Source: Terriglobia bacterium (GTDB lineage Bacteria; Acidobacteriota; Terriglobia; JAJPHL01; JAPKYU01). Taken from it: a DNA stretch of 64,000 bases. Positions within the stretch are counted from its first letter, which is position 1, and each line of letters starts with the position of its first letter. Position numbers and translations under genes: made by a program. This document shows, one piece after another, positions 43,826 through 54,703 of this stretch. Location: assembly GCA_965206645.1 (NCBI GenBank), contig CBDBKE010000004.1:1856001-1920000 (forward strand). Direction: 5' to 3'. The notes beneath the pieces are model-generated. The model made no database searches, was not told the origin of the DNA, and saw only the letters and a list, made by a program, of their open reading frames with translations.

Positions 43826-45046
43826 ATGCTCAATCGGATGCCTAAGCGGGAACTGCTGCCAGAGCGGGAACTGCTGAAAGCGGCGGCCCAACAGCTCGGT
43901 CTGGACCTGTGGGGAGTGGTTCGGGCCACGGATCTGCCCGCCGGCCCGGACCTGCCCTTTTTCTTTTCCTGGCTCGAACGCGGCTACCATGCCGCGCTGT
44001 CCTACATGACCGGGACGCGGGCCGAAATTCGCGCTGACCTGGAGCGCTTGCTGCCCGGCACTCGCTCGGTGATTTGCCTGGCGCTGAACTACAACACACC
44101 GCTGCCGTACTCGACCAGCCTGCCGGAGGCCACCCGCGCCTGGATTTCGCGCTACGCCTGGGGCGAGGATTATCACCAGGTGTTCCGGGAGAAGCTGGAG
44201 TCGTTTGTGGCCCTGCTGCAACAGCGGATGCCGTCTTCGTTTCAGGCGCGAATCGCCGTGGACACCAGTCCGGTTCTGGAGCGGGCGCTAGCGCGGCACA
44301 CCGGGGTCGGCTGGCTAGGCAAGAACACCTGCCTGATCAATCAACAACTGGGCTCGTGGCTGTTTCTAGGCGAAGTACTGACCACCCTGGATCTGGAACC
44401 GGATGCAGCGGCCGTGGACCGCTGCGGCACCTGTACCCGCTGCCTGGATGCCTGCCCCACGGGCGCCCTGCTGGAGCCGCGGGTGCTCGATTCCCGCCTC
44501 TGCATTTCCTACTGGACCATCGAGGCGCGCGGCTCCATCCCCGTCGAGATGCGTCCCGGCCTGGGCCGCCACGTGTTCGGCTGCGACATCTGCCAGGACG
44601 TCTGCCCCTGGAATAGAAAGGCTCCGGCGACTCAGGAGCAAGCATTCCTGCCGCGTCCCGGTCTGTTCAACCCGCCGCTGGAAGAGCTGGCGCGCATCAC
44701 CGAGGAGCAATTCCGGGACTTGTTCCGCGACAGCCCCATCCAGCGTGTTCGCTATCGTGGCTTTCTGCGGAATGTGTGCGTGGCGATGGGCAATTCCGGG
44801 GACCCGAAATTGCTTCCGGAACTGGAGCGGCTGGCAGCTCATCCCAGTGAGCTGATCCGCGAGCATGCGGCCTGGGCGATTGAGCGCCTCCGCTCAGCCG
44901 GCAGCGCTTCTGACGATGCGACGGAGGAGCCCGGGCGGGAAAATGAGGCCCGCTCAGTTGCCGCCGTTCGAAGCCGTCGAGGCCCGGGTGGCGAAGCTTC
45001 CGGCCGACCAAAGGCCAACCCGAATGGACCCCTCCATGTCCGCTAA
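43826..45046 (+). CDS. queG: Epoxyqueuosine reductase
   Basis: ISRYAWGEDYH, GKNT, CGTCTRCLDACPT, CISYWTIE and GCDICQDVCPWN; start approximate. Confidence 0.95.
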   Translation: MLNRMPKRELLPERELLKAAAQQLGLDLWGVVRATDLPAGPDLPFFFSWLERGYHAALSYMTGTRAEIRADLERLLPGTRSVICLALNYNTPLPYSTSLPEATRAWISRYAWGEDYHQVFREKLESFVALLQQRMPSSFQARIAVDTSPVLERALARHTGVGWLGKNTCLINQQLGSWLFLGEVLTTLDLEPDAAAVDRCGTCTRCLDACPTGALLEPRVLDSRLCISYWTIEARGSIPVEMRPGLGRHVFGCDICQDVCPWNRKAPATQEQAFLPRPGLFNPPLEELARITEEQFRDLFRDSPIQRVRYRGFLRNVCVAMGNSGDPKLLPELERLAAHPSELIREHAAWAIERLRSAGSASDDATEEPGRENEARSVAAVRSRRGPGGEASGRPKANPNGPLHVR

Positions 45047-45089
45047 AGGGCACCAATTCGTGATTTGTTTCTGTGCTACAGTCCATGAC

Positions 45090-45596
45090 ATGCGCGCGAG
45101 AAACGGAACGTTCCGGCTAGTTTTGTTCTGCTTCCTGAACATCGCGATTCTTTCCGCGTTTGGCGGGGTGGACAAGCAGGAACCAGCTCCTCAGTTTTAT
45201 GCGAAAACGCTCGCGGGCGAAAGGTTCACCAAGAAGTCGGTGAAGGGGAAAGTCGTCCTGCTCCAGTTTTGGACCACGTGGTGCGGCTACTGCCGCAGGG
45301 AACAGTCCTTGGTGGATGCAGTCGATAAGGAGTTTTCCGGCAAGGGTTTGATTGTGCTCGCTGTGGACGTCGGCGAGTCGAAGAGAACAGTCCGTAAGTA
45401 CCTTCGGCGGAACCCGCGGTCATGCCGGGTCGTGCTGGCCGAGGACACCAACCTTGGTGCCAGGTTCAGCCGCACGGGCGTCCCGTTCTACGTGCTGATC
45501 GACCGCGAGGGGTACATTGCCGGGACTCAACGCGGGGCGGAGGGTGAATCAGCACTGCGGCGCCTGTTAAGCCGCGCCGGTATCGAATCGGACTAA
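45090..45596 (+). CDS. TlpA/ResA-like thiol-disulfide oxidoreductase
   Basis: GKVVLLQFWTTWCGYC; N-terminal hydrophobic helix. Confidence 0.88.
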   Translation: MRARNGTFRLVLFCFLNIAILSAFGGVDKQEPAPQFYAKTLAGERFTKKSVKGKVVLLQFWTTWCGYCRREQSLVDAVDKEFSGKGLIVLAVDVGESKRTVRKYLRRNPRSCRVVLAEDTNLGARFSRTGVPFYVLIDREGYIAGTQRGAEGESALRRLLSRAGIESD

Positions 45597-45697
45597 GTGC
45601 GCCCAGAAGTTCGATTCGCGTCCTTCCCCATCGATACGAAGCGCTATCAAGGACTCGGTGGTGCCTGTTGGCCTTCCTGCACTAATGGGACGACTTC

Positions 45698-46648
45698 ATG
45701 ATGCAGGCGCTGGTGTTTAAGGCCGGGAAGGCGCGGTTGGCGGAGATGGCTGAGCCAGCGGCGCGGCCGGGATGGGCCAAGGTGCGGGTACTGCTGTCGG
45801 GAATCTGCAACACCGACCTGGAACAGTTGCATGGCTACTACGGGTTCTCCGGCGTTCCGGGACACGAGTTTGTCGGCCAGGTCGTGACGCCGCGCAGCCG
45901 CTACGCGGGGCAGCGCGTGGTGGGGGAAATTAACCTGGCGTGTGGCCGCTGTTCCTGGTGTGCCGCCGACCTGGGGCGTCACTGTCCCCGGCGCAAGGTC
46001 CTGGGCATCGTTCGCCATCCCGGCTCCCACGCCCAATTCCTCAGCTTGCCGGAGGGCAACCTGTTCCCGGTGCCCGAAGGTATCCCCGACGAGCAAGCCG
46101 TGTTTGTCGAGCCGCTGGCGGCGGCCTGCGAAATCCTGGAGCAGTTGGGCGAGGTCCGGGACCGGAGGACGGGCGTGCTCGGCGATGGCAAGCTGGGCCT
46201 GCTGGTGGCGCAGGTGCTGGCCCACGCCGGGGCCGAGGTGACTGTGCTGGGCAAGCATCGCCCGAAACTGTCGCTGGCGCGCCGCCTGGGTCTCGCGGCG
46301 GCCTCCGCCCAACGCGCGCGTCGCCAATCGTTCGATTTAGTGGTGGAAGCCACTGGCTCACCGGCTGGTTTGCCGCGGGCGCTCGAACTGGTACGCCCCC
46401 GGGGCACGATTGTCATGAAGTCCACCTTCCACGGCGCTGCGCGGCTGGAGGCGGCTCCGCTGGTGGTAAATGAGGTGACTGTGGTGGGCTCGCGCTGCGG
46501 CCGCTTTGCGCCGGCGCTGGAGCTGCTGGCCCGCCGCGCGGTGAATGTGGAAGCCCTCGTCTCGGAAGAGTTCCCCCTGCGTCGCGTGACTGCCGCTCTG
46601 CGCCACGCCGCCCGTCCCGGAGTGCTCAAGGTCCTTCTCCGCCCCTGA
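45698..46648 (+). CDS. Zinc-dependent alcohol dehydrogenase (MDR family)
   Basis: GICNTD, GHEFVG, CGRCSWC..HC and GDGKLG. Confidence 0.93.
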   Translation: MMQALVFKAGKARLAEMAEPAARPGWAKVRVLLSGICNTDLEQLHGYYGFSGVPGHEFVGQVVTPRSRYAGQRVVGEINLACGRCSWCAADLGRHCPRRKVLGIVRHPGSHAQFLSLPEGNLFPVPEGIPDEQAVFVEPLAAACEILEQLGEVRDRRTGVLGDGKLGLLVAQVLAHAGAEVTVLGKHRPKLSLARRLGLAAASAQRARRQSFDLVVEATGSPAGLPRALELVRPRGTIVMKSTFHGAARLEAAPLVVNEVTVVGSRCGRFAPALELLARRAVNVEALVSEEFPLRRVTAALRHAARPGVLKVLLRP

Positions 46649-46700
46649 ACCTCTGCGGGTCGGTGCGCTGCACCAGCAAATGTTGCGCTAAAATGAAGAG

Positions 46701-47540
46701 GTGGAACGTCGCATTCTATTGCTCGTTTTGCTTTGCCTCGTCTCTGGCTTCCGCCTGCCGACGGCGGCAGCCGATCTGTCTATCCAAGACGCCTACTTCG
46801 AAGACTACGACCGCGTGCTGGTGCGGGAGCAACGGCTCACTGCCGGCGACACACTGTACCTGAGGTTCCGTATCGCAGGCTTCCAGGCTGATAAGGACGA
46901 TCAAGTGCGGCTTGCCTACTGGATCGACTGCGTGGACCACAAGAACGTCCCGCTGACGGAAACCCTGAGCCAGAAGATCGAGGAGAGACTGCGGCGGCAG
47001 GACCAGAACTGGCGTCCCAAGGTCAACTGGTCCCTGGTGATCCCAGCCTTTGCCCCCAGCGGCGAATACCGGGTGAACATCCTGGTGCGCGATGAAGTTG
47101 CCAGCCAGGAAGTGCGCCACCAGATGAATTTCCGCGTGCGCGGCGAGACCGTCGAGCCCAGCGCCACTTTGACGGTGCGCAAGTTCCAGTTTGCTGACAC
47201 CGAGTACGGCACTCCCAAACCCTCCACCACCTACCTGGCGGGCAGCACGCTGTGGGCACGTTACTGGCTTGTGGGCTTCCGGGTCGGCCCGGAGAAGCAG
47301 GTCTGGGTGGAGGAAGACCTCACGGTGCTCGATGCGGAGGGCGAGGTGCTGTATGCCAAGCCCAAGGCGCTGGTAGAAAAGCACCGCATGTTCTACCCGC
47401 CCCGTTTTCTCCACGCGACCTTCAGCCTGGACCTCCAGCCGGATTTGCGGCCCGGTGACTACACGATTCGACTGGAGATCCGCGACCTGCTGGCTGAACA
47501 AAACATCCGCTACGAAGCCAAGTTCACTGTCATCAAGTGA
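46701..47540 (+). CDS. Secreted protein with two Ig-like beta-sandwich repeats
   Basis: Signal peptide; internal duplication (AGDTLYLRF/AGSTLWARY, GEYRV.I.VRD/GDYTI.L.IRD). Confidence 0.75.
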   Translation: MERRILLLVLLCLVSGFRLPTAAADLSIQDAYFEDYDRVLVREQRLTAGDTLYLRFRIAGFQADKDDQVRLAYWIDCVDHKNVPLTETLSQKIEERLRRQDQNWRPKVNWSLVIPAFAPSGEYRVNILVRDEVASQEVRHQMNFRVRGETVEPSATLTVRKFQFADTEYGTPKPSTTYLAGSTLWARYWLVGFRVGPEKQVWVEEDLTVLDAEGEVLYAKPKALVEKHRMFYPPRFLHATFSLDLQPDLRPGDYTIRLEIRDLLAEQNIRYEAKFTVIK

Positions 47541-47568
47541 CGTCTTCGCTGCCCATCACCCCGCATCG

Positions 47569-47979
47569 CTACGGGCCTGGAGGAGACTCGGGGCAAGCTG
47601 TTGGAGTGAGGCTGATTCTGGGGAAGAGCGGGGCGCCAGAACCAGTTGGGCTACCGGCTGGGGAACCGGCTTCGAGTTGCGCGACTGCCTCGGCGATCGC
47701 CATTCGCAGGCGCCGAACGTCCAGGTTGCGGTGGAGCGCCTCAAAGCGCGCCAGTCGTTTGGCCGCCCGGCGCAACTGGGAGTGGGCGGCCCGCCAGTTG
47801 GCGCGCCGGGCCTGGTAGAGCGCCACGGTGAGGTGGACCATGCCCTGGTAGAAGTCCCGCTCCTCGGCTGCCGCCGCTTTCCAAACTTCTTCCCAGACCT
47901 CGTGGGTCTCGAAGAACTGGCCCTGGTTGAACAGCCGGACACCTTCCAGAAATCCCACCGGCCAATCGTCTTTCGTCAC
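47569..47979 (-). CDS. DUF309 domain protein
   Basis: G..LFN.G.FFETHEVWEEVW...FYQG. Confidence 0.85.
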   Translation of the reverse strand: MTKDDWPVGFLEGVRLFNQGQFFETHEVWEEVWKAAAAEERDFYQGMVHLTVALYQARRANWRAAHSQLRRAAKRLARFEALHRNLDVRRLRMAIAEAVAQLEAGSPAGSPTGSGAPLFPRISLTPTACPESPPGP

Positions 47980-48081
47980 CGAGACAGCCTTCTTGAGCGG
48001 ATCAAAGCCTGAATCTAAAGATGGTTCAGTTGAGTGTACTACGAAGTGCGCAGGCAGCGCTTGCGTCCCACCAAGCGGTCG

Positions 48082-51000
48082 CTAATCGCCGCCGGCCGGA
48101 CGCTCGGCCGGGTGGAGCCAGCCGTGCAACCGGGTCGCCAGGGCGGAGCGGATGTCCAGCGTCAAGCTGAACAGAGCCGGCACCAGGAAGAGGGTAAAAA
48201 CCGTAGAAAGGATCAGGCCACCCACCACCACGCTGCCCAGACCGCGGTAGAGTTCCGAGCCGGCGCCCGGGAACAGCACCAGCGGCAGCATCGCGCACAC
48301 TGAGGTGCTGACGCTCATAAAGATGGGGCGGATGCGGTTGGAGACCGCCTCACGGATGGCCTCCCGAGGCGCCAGCCCCTCCTCGCGCATGTGGTTCAGA
48401 GACTGGTGGACAATCAGGATGGCGTTGTTCACCACCGTGCCCACCAGAATGATGAAGCCCAGCATGGTAAGCATGTCCAGCGCCTGGTAGCTGAACAGGT
48501 TCATGGTGGCCAGGCCCAGGAAGCCGCCCAGGGCAGCCAGGGGCACACTGAACATGATCACGAAGGGGTAGAGGAAGCTCTCGAACAGCGCTGCCATCAG
48601 CAGGTAGGTGATCACCAGCACCAACAGGAAATTCCAGCGCAGCTCGCGTCCAGTCTCGGCCAGCTTGTCGGCCGTCCCGCTCAACCTGGCCTGGTACAGG
48701 CCGCCCAGCTTGCCCTGCTGGCGCATGGGCCCAAGGATGTCGGACTCAATCGAGTCCATCGCCGCCTCCAGCGACACCTGCTCGCTGGGAGCCACCTGAA
48801 TGGTGACCGCGCGCTGGCGCTTGATGTGATTGATCGTCTGGGGGCCGTTGACCAGCGAAATCTGGGCCACCGAGCCCAGCGTGACCAGGCGGCCGTCGGG
48901 CGTGGCAATGGGCATCTGTTCCAGCAGGTGGGTGCGGTGCGCGAAGCTCTCCTCGCCCATCACCTTCAGGTCAATCTCTTTGCCCTCATGTTGGTAGTCG
49001 CTGGCCTTGGCGCCGTCCACCAGCGCGCTGACTGCAAAACCCAGCTCCCGGTTGAAGACGCTCACATCGGCGGCGCGGCGCCGGTGAGTCCGCACCCGTA
49101 GCTCGGGGTTGTCCAGGTCCAAGCTGGGGATAGGCCGCGCCTGCGAGCCGGGCAACACCTGCATCACGTTGAGGAACACTTCGCTGCCCAACTCCATCAG
49201 GCGCTCCAGTTCAGGCCCGGTAATTTCTATATCAATGTTGCGTCCCTCACCAAGGCCACGCTGGAAGATGCTGGCCTGGTTGGCGACCAGAATGGAACCG
49301 GGAATCTTGGACCCGGTGCGCTGAAACACTGGGATTAGTTCGCCCACGCGCAGCGGATCGTTCGAGCGAGCCCCCATAAAGGCCCGGTCCCTCAGGGCGA
49401 CAAAGAAGAAGCTCCGAATGCCGCCGCCCGGCAGGTCCTGGGCGTCGGGCGCAGCCCCCCACAAAGGCTCCATTTCCCGGTCGATGACGGTGTGCAACGA
49501 CGCCACCTCGTCCAGGTTCAACCCGGGCGGCGGCAGCATGAACGCGAAAATGAAGTTGTTGTTGCCCACCGGCAGGTATTCGGTCTTGGGCATCAACCAG
49601 TAGCTCAGCCCCAACGAGGCCGTGGTCAATGCGGCCACCACAGCCAGCCGGCGCAGAGTGGAGCCGGTGATCCAGTGGACGGTGCCAGTGACCCGGCTCG
49701 TAAAGCGGCGCGCCAGCAACGAGACACCCCAGAGATTGCGGAAGCTGTGCTGCTCGGGGTCCGCCTCGGCGGCGTGCAGAATCTTGGCCGAGAGGCTGGG
49801 AATGACGGTGATCGAAACCAGGAGGCTCAAAGCTACCGCGCAGCTAACAGCGATGGCGATGTCGCCGAACAGTTGGCCAACTTCCTGTTGGATGAACACC
49901 ACCGGCACGAAGACGGCCACGGTGGTCAGGGTGCTGGCCAGCACCGCGCCCCACACCTCGCGCGCGCCGTCGAAGGCGGCGGCAAAACGCGGCTTCCCCA
50001 TCTGCCGGTGGCGGTAGATGTTCTCCAGAACCACAATCGAATTGTCCACCACCATGCCCACCGCAAAGGCCAGCCCGGCCAAGCTGATGACGTTCAACGT
50101 CCGGCCAAACACCCACATCATCAGGAAGGTGCCGATGATGCTGATGGGGATGGCGATAGCGACCACCAGCATGCTGGTGACGCTGCGCAGGAACAGCAGC
50201 AGAACAATGACGGCCAGCACGCCGCCGATGATCAAGCTCTGGCGCACCAGGTCAATGGCGCCGCGGACGTAGTCAGTCTCGTCGTAGACCTGGCTAAGCT
50301 GCAACCCGCGGTCGCGCAGTTCTTTCTCGTTCAGGCGCGCCACCTTCTGCTTCAGTGTGTCCATCACCTCCAGCACGTTCGAGCCGGGTTCTTTGACGGC
50401 GTTCATGGCCATCACCTGTCCGCCTTTTTGGAAGACTCTGGCGGTGGCCTTGCGGTAGCCCAGCTCGGCGCGAGCCACGTCCTTCAGGTAGATCGGCACG
50501 CCGTTGCGGATGGCGATGACGATGTTCTCGATGTCCTCGGCCGAGCGGTACTCGCCCACGGTTCGGACCAGGTAGCGGCGTTTGCCCTCGTCGAAGTCCC
50601 CGCCGCTATAGTTGCGGTTTTCCCGCTCCACGGCGGCGCCCAGTTCGTTGAGGGTGACCCGCCGAGCGGCCAGCTTGGCCGGATCGACAATGACGTGCAT
50701 CTCCCGCTCGCGTCCGCCGTAGATGTTGGAGGCGGCGATGCCCGGGACGCGCTCGAACTCGGGCTTGATAAAGTCGTCTGCAAAATCAAAGAGCGTGGAG
50801 ATATCGCCGGTGAAGGGGTTTTCCTCTGTAGGGGCCAAGGCAAACCAAGCGATGGCGTTGGCCTCGGTATTCACGCTGCGGATGACGGGTTTGTCGGCGT
50901 CGTCGGGGTAGGAGGGGACCTGCTCCAGGTGGTTCGAGACTTTCAGCAGGGCGGTGTCAATCTCGGTACCCACCTGAAAGGTCAGGGTGATGGTGCCCTG

Positions 51001-51261
51001 GTCGTCGGAGCTGGAGCTCTCCATCTTGGTGAGTCCATCCAGGGACTTGAGCTGCTCCTCCTGCTCTTCGACAATTTCGCGCTCCACCTCATGGGGGCTG
51101 GCGCCCGGCCAGCGGGTGCGTACCGTAATTTCGGGCTCCTCGACGTTGGGGGTGAGCTGGATCGGCAGGCGGAACGCGCTGATGAGGCCAAACAACACCA
51201 GCAGAATGACACCGACTGCAGTGGTGACGGGGAAGCGAATGGCGTCTTGGATGATCTTCAT
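48082..51261 (-). CDS. RND efflux permease (AcrB/AcrD/AcrF family)
   Basis: 12-TM layout, GMVVDNSIVVLENI, VNNAIL and R.RPI.M. Confidence 0.96.
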   Translation of the reverse strand: MKIIQDAIRFPVTTAVGVILLVLFGLISAFRLPIQLTPNVEEPEITVRTRWPGASPHEVEREIVEEQEEQLKSLDGLTKMESSSSDDQGTITLTFQVGTEIDTALLKVSNHLEQVPSYPDDADKPVIRSVNTEANAIAWFALAPTEENPFTGDISTLFDFADDFIKPEFERVPGIAASNIYGGREREMHVIVDPAKLAARRVTLNELGAAVERENRNYSGGDFDEGKRRYLVRTVGEYRSAEDIENIVIAIRNGVPIYLKDVARAELGYRKATARVFQKGGQVMAMNAVKEPGSNVLEVMDTLKQKVARLNEKELRDRGLQLSQVYDETDYVRGAIDLVRQSLIIGGVLAVIVLLLFLRSVTSMLVVAIAIPISIIGTFLMMWVFGRTLNVISLAGLAFAVGMVVDNSIVVLENIYRHRQMGKPRFAAAFDGAREVWGAVLASTLTTVAVFVPVVFIQQEVGQLFGDIAIAVSCAVALSLLVSITVIPSLSAKILHAAEADPEQHSFRNLWGVSLLARRFTSRVTGTVHWITGSTLRRLAVVAALTTASLGLSYWLMPKTEYLPVGNNNFIFAFMLPPPGLNLDEVASLHTVIDREMEPLWGAAPDAQDLPGGGIRSFFFVALRDRAFMGARSNDPLRVGELIPVFQRTGSKIPGSILVANQASIFQRGLGEGRNIDIEITGPELERLMELGSEVFLNVMQVLPGSQARPIPSLDLDNPELRVRTHRRRAADVSVFNRELGFAVSALVDGAKASDYQHEGKEIDLKVMGEESFAHRTHLLEQMPIATPDGRLVTLGSVAQISLVNGPQTINHIKRQRAVTIQVAPSEQVSLEAAMDSIESDILGPMRQQGKLGGLYQARLSGTADKLAETGRELRWNFLLVLVITYLLMAALFESFLYPFVIMFSVPLAALGGFLGLATMNLFSYQALDMLTMLGFIILVGTVVNNAILIVHQSLNHMREEGLAPREAIREAVSNRIRPIFMSVSTSVCAMLPLVLFPGAGSELYRGLGSVVVGGLILSTVFTLFLVPALFSLTLDIRSALATRLHGWLHPAERPAGGD

Positions 51262-52361
51262 GGCAGCCGGTACTCCAGCGGCTTGCCCTGCACCACCTGG
51301 CCTGGACGCAGGCGCTCGTTGCCTCGGGTGACAACCTTGGTGCCAGCCTCGATCGGGCCCCGGACCTCTAACCAGTCACCGACGCCTTGGCGGGTCTCGA
51401 CTGGGACCATGCTGACGGTGTTATCCCCGTTTATCAGAAAGACGAAATTCTGCTGACCGCGCCTCAGCACAGCGTCCTTGGGAACCACCGTGGCGCGGTA
51501 GGACTTCCCAACCCGCAACGATACCTGGGCCAGCATCCCCACGCCGAGGCGACCCCTGCGGTTCCGGATGCGCACCTTGACGGGGAAGGTGCGGGCCTGG
51601 GGGTCGGCGCGAGGAATGATGGCGCTGATGCGGCCACGAACCTGAAAACCGGGCAGAGAATCAAAGGTAACGCTGGCCCTGGTCCCGCGCTTCAGGTCAG
51701 GGAAATATTGCTCCGGTGCCTCGATCCGCACTTCCAGCTTGGACAACGAAAGGATCTCCACCACCGGGCCGCCGACGTCGAGCCATTCGCCAACCTCGGT
51801 TTGTTCGGCGGTCACCACGCCGGCAAAGGGCGCTCGGATGGTGCAACGACTAATGTCGTCATTGATGCGGGCGATTTCGGCCTTGAGTTGCTCGACGCGC
51901 CCCTGCCAGGCGTTGAATTCGTAGAAGGAATCGTCGTACTGCTGGCGCGACATCACCTGGGCTTCGAGGAGTTCCAGAGCGCGGTCGCGGTCCCGCTCGG
52001 CCAGCTTCAGGCGCGCCTCGGCCTCTTTGAGTTGCGCCTGAGCGGCATCGCGCTGCAACTCCAGGTTGGTGGTGCGCAGTCGGGCCAGTGGCTGGTTTTG
52101 CTTGACGGTGTCCCCCTCGCGCGCCAGCAGTTCCAGCACCAGCCCGCCAACTTCGCCAGCCACCAGGCTGACGGTCGGGGACTCGACTGTGCCGGGTAAC
52201 CGGATCGCCCGGCGCACCGCGTGCTCACGAGCCTCGGTGTAGCGTACTGGACTGGGCGGCGCGTTGGGCCTCTGAGCCGCGGTGCAGAGCGGGAGCAGTG
52301 TGAACAGAGCTGCCATGAGCATCCCGCCCTCCCGCAGCCAAATTGTCTGACTCCGCCTCAT
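51258..52361 (-). CDS. RND periplasmic adaptor (MFP)
   Basis: Lipoyl halves (EGDTV, IRAPFAG) and alpha-hairpin; stop overlaps the RND start; start approximate. Confidence 0.92.
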   Translation of the reverse strand: MRRSQTIWLREGGMLMAALFTLLPLCTAAQRPNAPPSPVRYTEAREHAVRRAIRLPGTVESPTVSLVAGEVGGLVLELLAREGDTVKQNQPLARLRTTNLELQRDAAQAQLKEAEARLKLAERDRDRALELLEAQVMSRQQYDDSFYEFNAWQGRVEQLKAEIARINDDISRCTIRAPFAGVVTAEQTEVGEWLDVGGPVVEILSLSKLEVRIEAPEQYFPDLKRGTRASVTFDSLPGFQVRGRISAIIPRADPQARTFPVKVRIRNRRGRLGVGMLAQVSLRVGKSYRATVVPKDAVLRRGQQNFVFLINGDNTVSMVPVETRQGVGDWLEVRGPIEAGTKVVTRGNERLRPGQVVQGKPLEYRLP

Positions 52362-52539
52362 CCTGCGTCCTAACGCTAATTCTATGCTTAGATCCACCGG
52401 AAACATAATGAGATACGCGGGGCATCTGAATCCTGGCACCTCCCCTGTCTTACATGATCGAGCATATTGCCTGTAACGGCTTTGTGCCCGGACTCGTCCA
52501 ATTCCTGAATAGGCGGCTGTGAGGGGACGAGGAGGGAGT

Positions 52540-52620
52540 ATGAAAAGAATCGGGTTGTTAGCCGGGTTATTGGCAGTGCTGGTGGCGGGCCTCGGGGTCA
52601 CTTCCCTGATGGCCGACTGA
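52540..52620 (+). pseudogene. Signal-peptide stub of a secreted protein cut by IS3
   Basis: GGAGG RBS, MKRIGLLAGLLAVLVAGLGVTSLMAD; the stop is the terminal TGA of the IS. Confidence 0.7.
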
Positions 52621-53867
52621 CCAGACCGATTTTTTGTACCAACCGTAGTGAGAGTTCACATCGCAGCCTGGGGCTGTGAAACTGGTTTCAGTGGCAGGGG
52701 AGGGCTATAGGCCCCCGGCGCCGAGGGCCTATAGCCGAGCGCCGAGTGCGGCCGCACCGTGTTGTATTGCACCCTCCACTGTTCAATCACCACCTGTGCC
52801 TCCTTCAACGAGTAGAAGATCTCTCCATTCAGGCATTCGTCCCGCAGCTTCCCATTGAAACTCTCGCAGTACCCGTTCTCCCAGGGACTGCCCGGTTCGA
52901 TGTACAGTGTCCCGGTCCCTAGATTTGCCAACCACTGGCGCAGTTGTTTGGCGATGAACTCGGGACCATTGTCGGATCGAATCTGTTCCGGTATCCCTCG
53001 CCACAACATCACGTCCAACAACGCCTCAATGATTTGTTGGCTGCCCATTCTCCGCTCCACCCGGATCGCCAGGCATTCCCGCGTGTACTCATCCAGCAAG
53101 GTCAGCAGCCGCAGCGTTCTCCCCTCGTGCGTTCTGGCACTCATGAAGTCGTAGCTCCACACGTGGTTCGGTCGCTCCGGCCTCAGTCGTACACAGGAAC
53201 CGTCGTTCAGCCACAGCCGTCCTCGCGGCCTTTGTTTTTGCGGCACTTTCAGCCCTTCCCGCCGCCAAATCCGCTGCACCCGGTCCTTGCCCACTTCCCA
53301 GCCCGCACTCCGCAGCAACGCTGTGATCCTCCGGTAGCCATATCGCCCGTACTTCGCTCCCAGGGCAATGATCGCTCGGGTCAGAGCATCCTCGTCCACC
53401 CGATGAATCGGCTCGTATCGTTGTGTCCCTCGCCATTGCCCCAGCAGCCGGCAGGCATGCCGTTCCGACAACCCGTGTTGCTCCCACGCACGCTCCACCG
53501 CACAACGCCGCCGCTCAGGGCTCAGAAGTTTCCCTGTGCCACATCCCGCAGCACCTGCTTCTCCAGAGAAAGCTCCGCTACCAACCGCTTCAGCCGCGTG
53601 TTTTCCTTCTCCAACTCCTTTAGCCGTTTCGCCTGCACCACCTTCAGCCCGCCGTATTCCTTCCGCCACCGGTAGTAGGTTTGGGTGTGGATTCCAGCTT
53701 CTTTGCAGGCTTGGGGCGCAGTCTTCCCGTTCCCCATCTGCACTTCTATCTGCCGTAGCACCGCTACAATCTGCTCCGGCTTGTAACTCCTTGTCGGCAT
53801 GACCTCACTTCCTCCTCAAGTGGATTCTCTCTCTTTCCACTTGGTACAAAAAGTGCCGGTCAGGTCA
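52618..53867 (-). mobile_element. IS3-family insertion sequence (IS407-group-like), about 1250 bp
   Basis: Ends TG...CA with imperfect IRs TGACCAGACCGATTTTTTGTACCAA / TGACCTGACCGGCACTTTTTGTACCAA; orfA plus orfB. Confidence 0.93.
52656..53800 (-). CDS. IS3 transposase OrfAB (OrfA 53522-53800, -1 frameshift into OrfB)
   Basis: OrfA HTH/leucine zipper; GGGAAAC slippery site at 53528-53534; DDE motifs WSYDF, SDNGPEF and ENGYCESFNG. Confidence 0.93.
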
Positions 53868-54324
53868 GGACGAGCCCACCGGCCGGCAACCGGACGCCAA
53901 AGGCTGCTGCCCGAGCCGCCGAGTAACTGGCGGTAGACCCATAGTTGATGAGTGCCCGTCCTCGCCGTTCCTGGAGAAACTGCGCCACGTCTGGAACTCC
54001 GATCTCCATCTCGAGTGCGGTCGTAACCCCGTCAAGCGCCTTCAGACGGTAGCTGTCGGAATCGTGCCCGTGCTGGTGAAGGTCGACAAAGCCTGGGGCT
54101 ACAATTAGGCCGGTGGCGTCAATAATCTTTTCTCCTTCCAGCGGCAGGCTCGAAATCCGCGCGATTCGATCGCCGGTGATGCCAACATGGCGCACTGCGT
54201 CTAGGCCAGTCTCCGGGTCCATCACGCGTCCACCCTTGATGACTATGTCGTAGCGGCTCGGCAGTGCTTCGCCCGTCATGAGCGCGCCCGTCATGAGCGC
54301 AAAGAGGAGTGGAACCATTATCAT
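53860..54324 (-). pseudogene. N-terminal part of a D-aminoacylase/amidohydrolase, truncated by IS3
   Basis: YDIVIKGGRVMDPETG, APGFVDLHQH; reading frame runs into the IS end. Confidence 0.85.
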
Positions 54325-54643
54325 TCGCTCGCGTCGTCGACTACGTCTTCAATTTTGTCGGCTGTCTCCTCAACTGAACGCTTCGCCTTCCGGATGATTC
54401 GACCAAGCCCAGACCGATCGTCCTCAAAGCCCTCCCGGCTCATTTCTCTAGGCGAGTTGAGCACCACATTATTCCTCTGGCCTCGTCGCTCTGCTTCATC
54501 CAGGTAGTGATCGAGGTAAGCTCGGTGTCTTTCACCTTTCTCCCGAGGGCTCGTCTCATCCGCCGCCGCGCCACAGAAGTAGTTATCCAAGCTGCGACTG
54601 TTGTCACAATAATCAAGACTAGGAGTAGCCATCCACTTCTCAT
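54321..54643 (-). pseudogene. Small membrane-anchored hypothetical protein, probably frameshifted near 54500
   Basis: AAGGAG RBS and TM start at 54643; the protein-like tail (..KRSVEETADKIEDVVDDASE) is in another frame and overlaps the next start. Confidence 0.45.
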
Positions 54644-54703
54644 GATCGTGGCTCCTTAAGCCTCCTACTCCTGACTGCCCGCCTGGTAGTGGGCTACTTT
54701 GAT

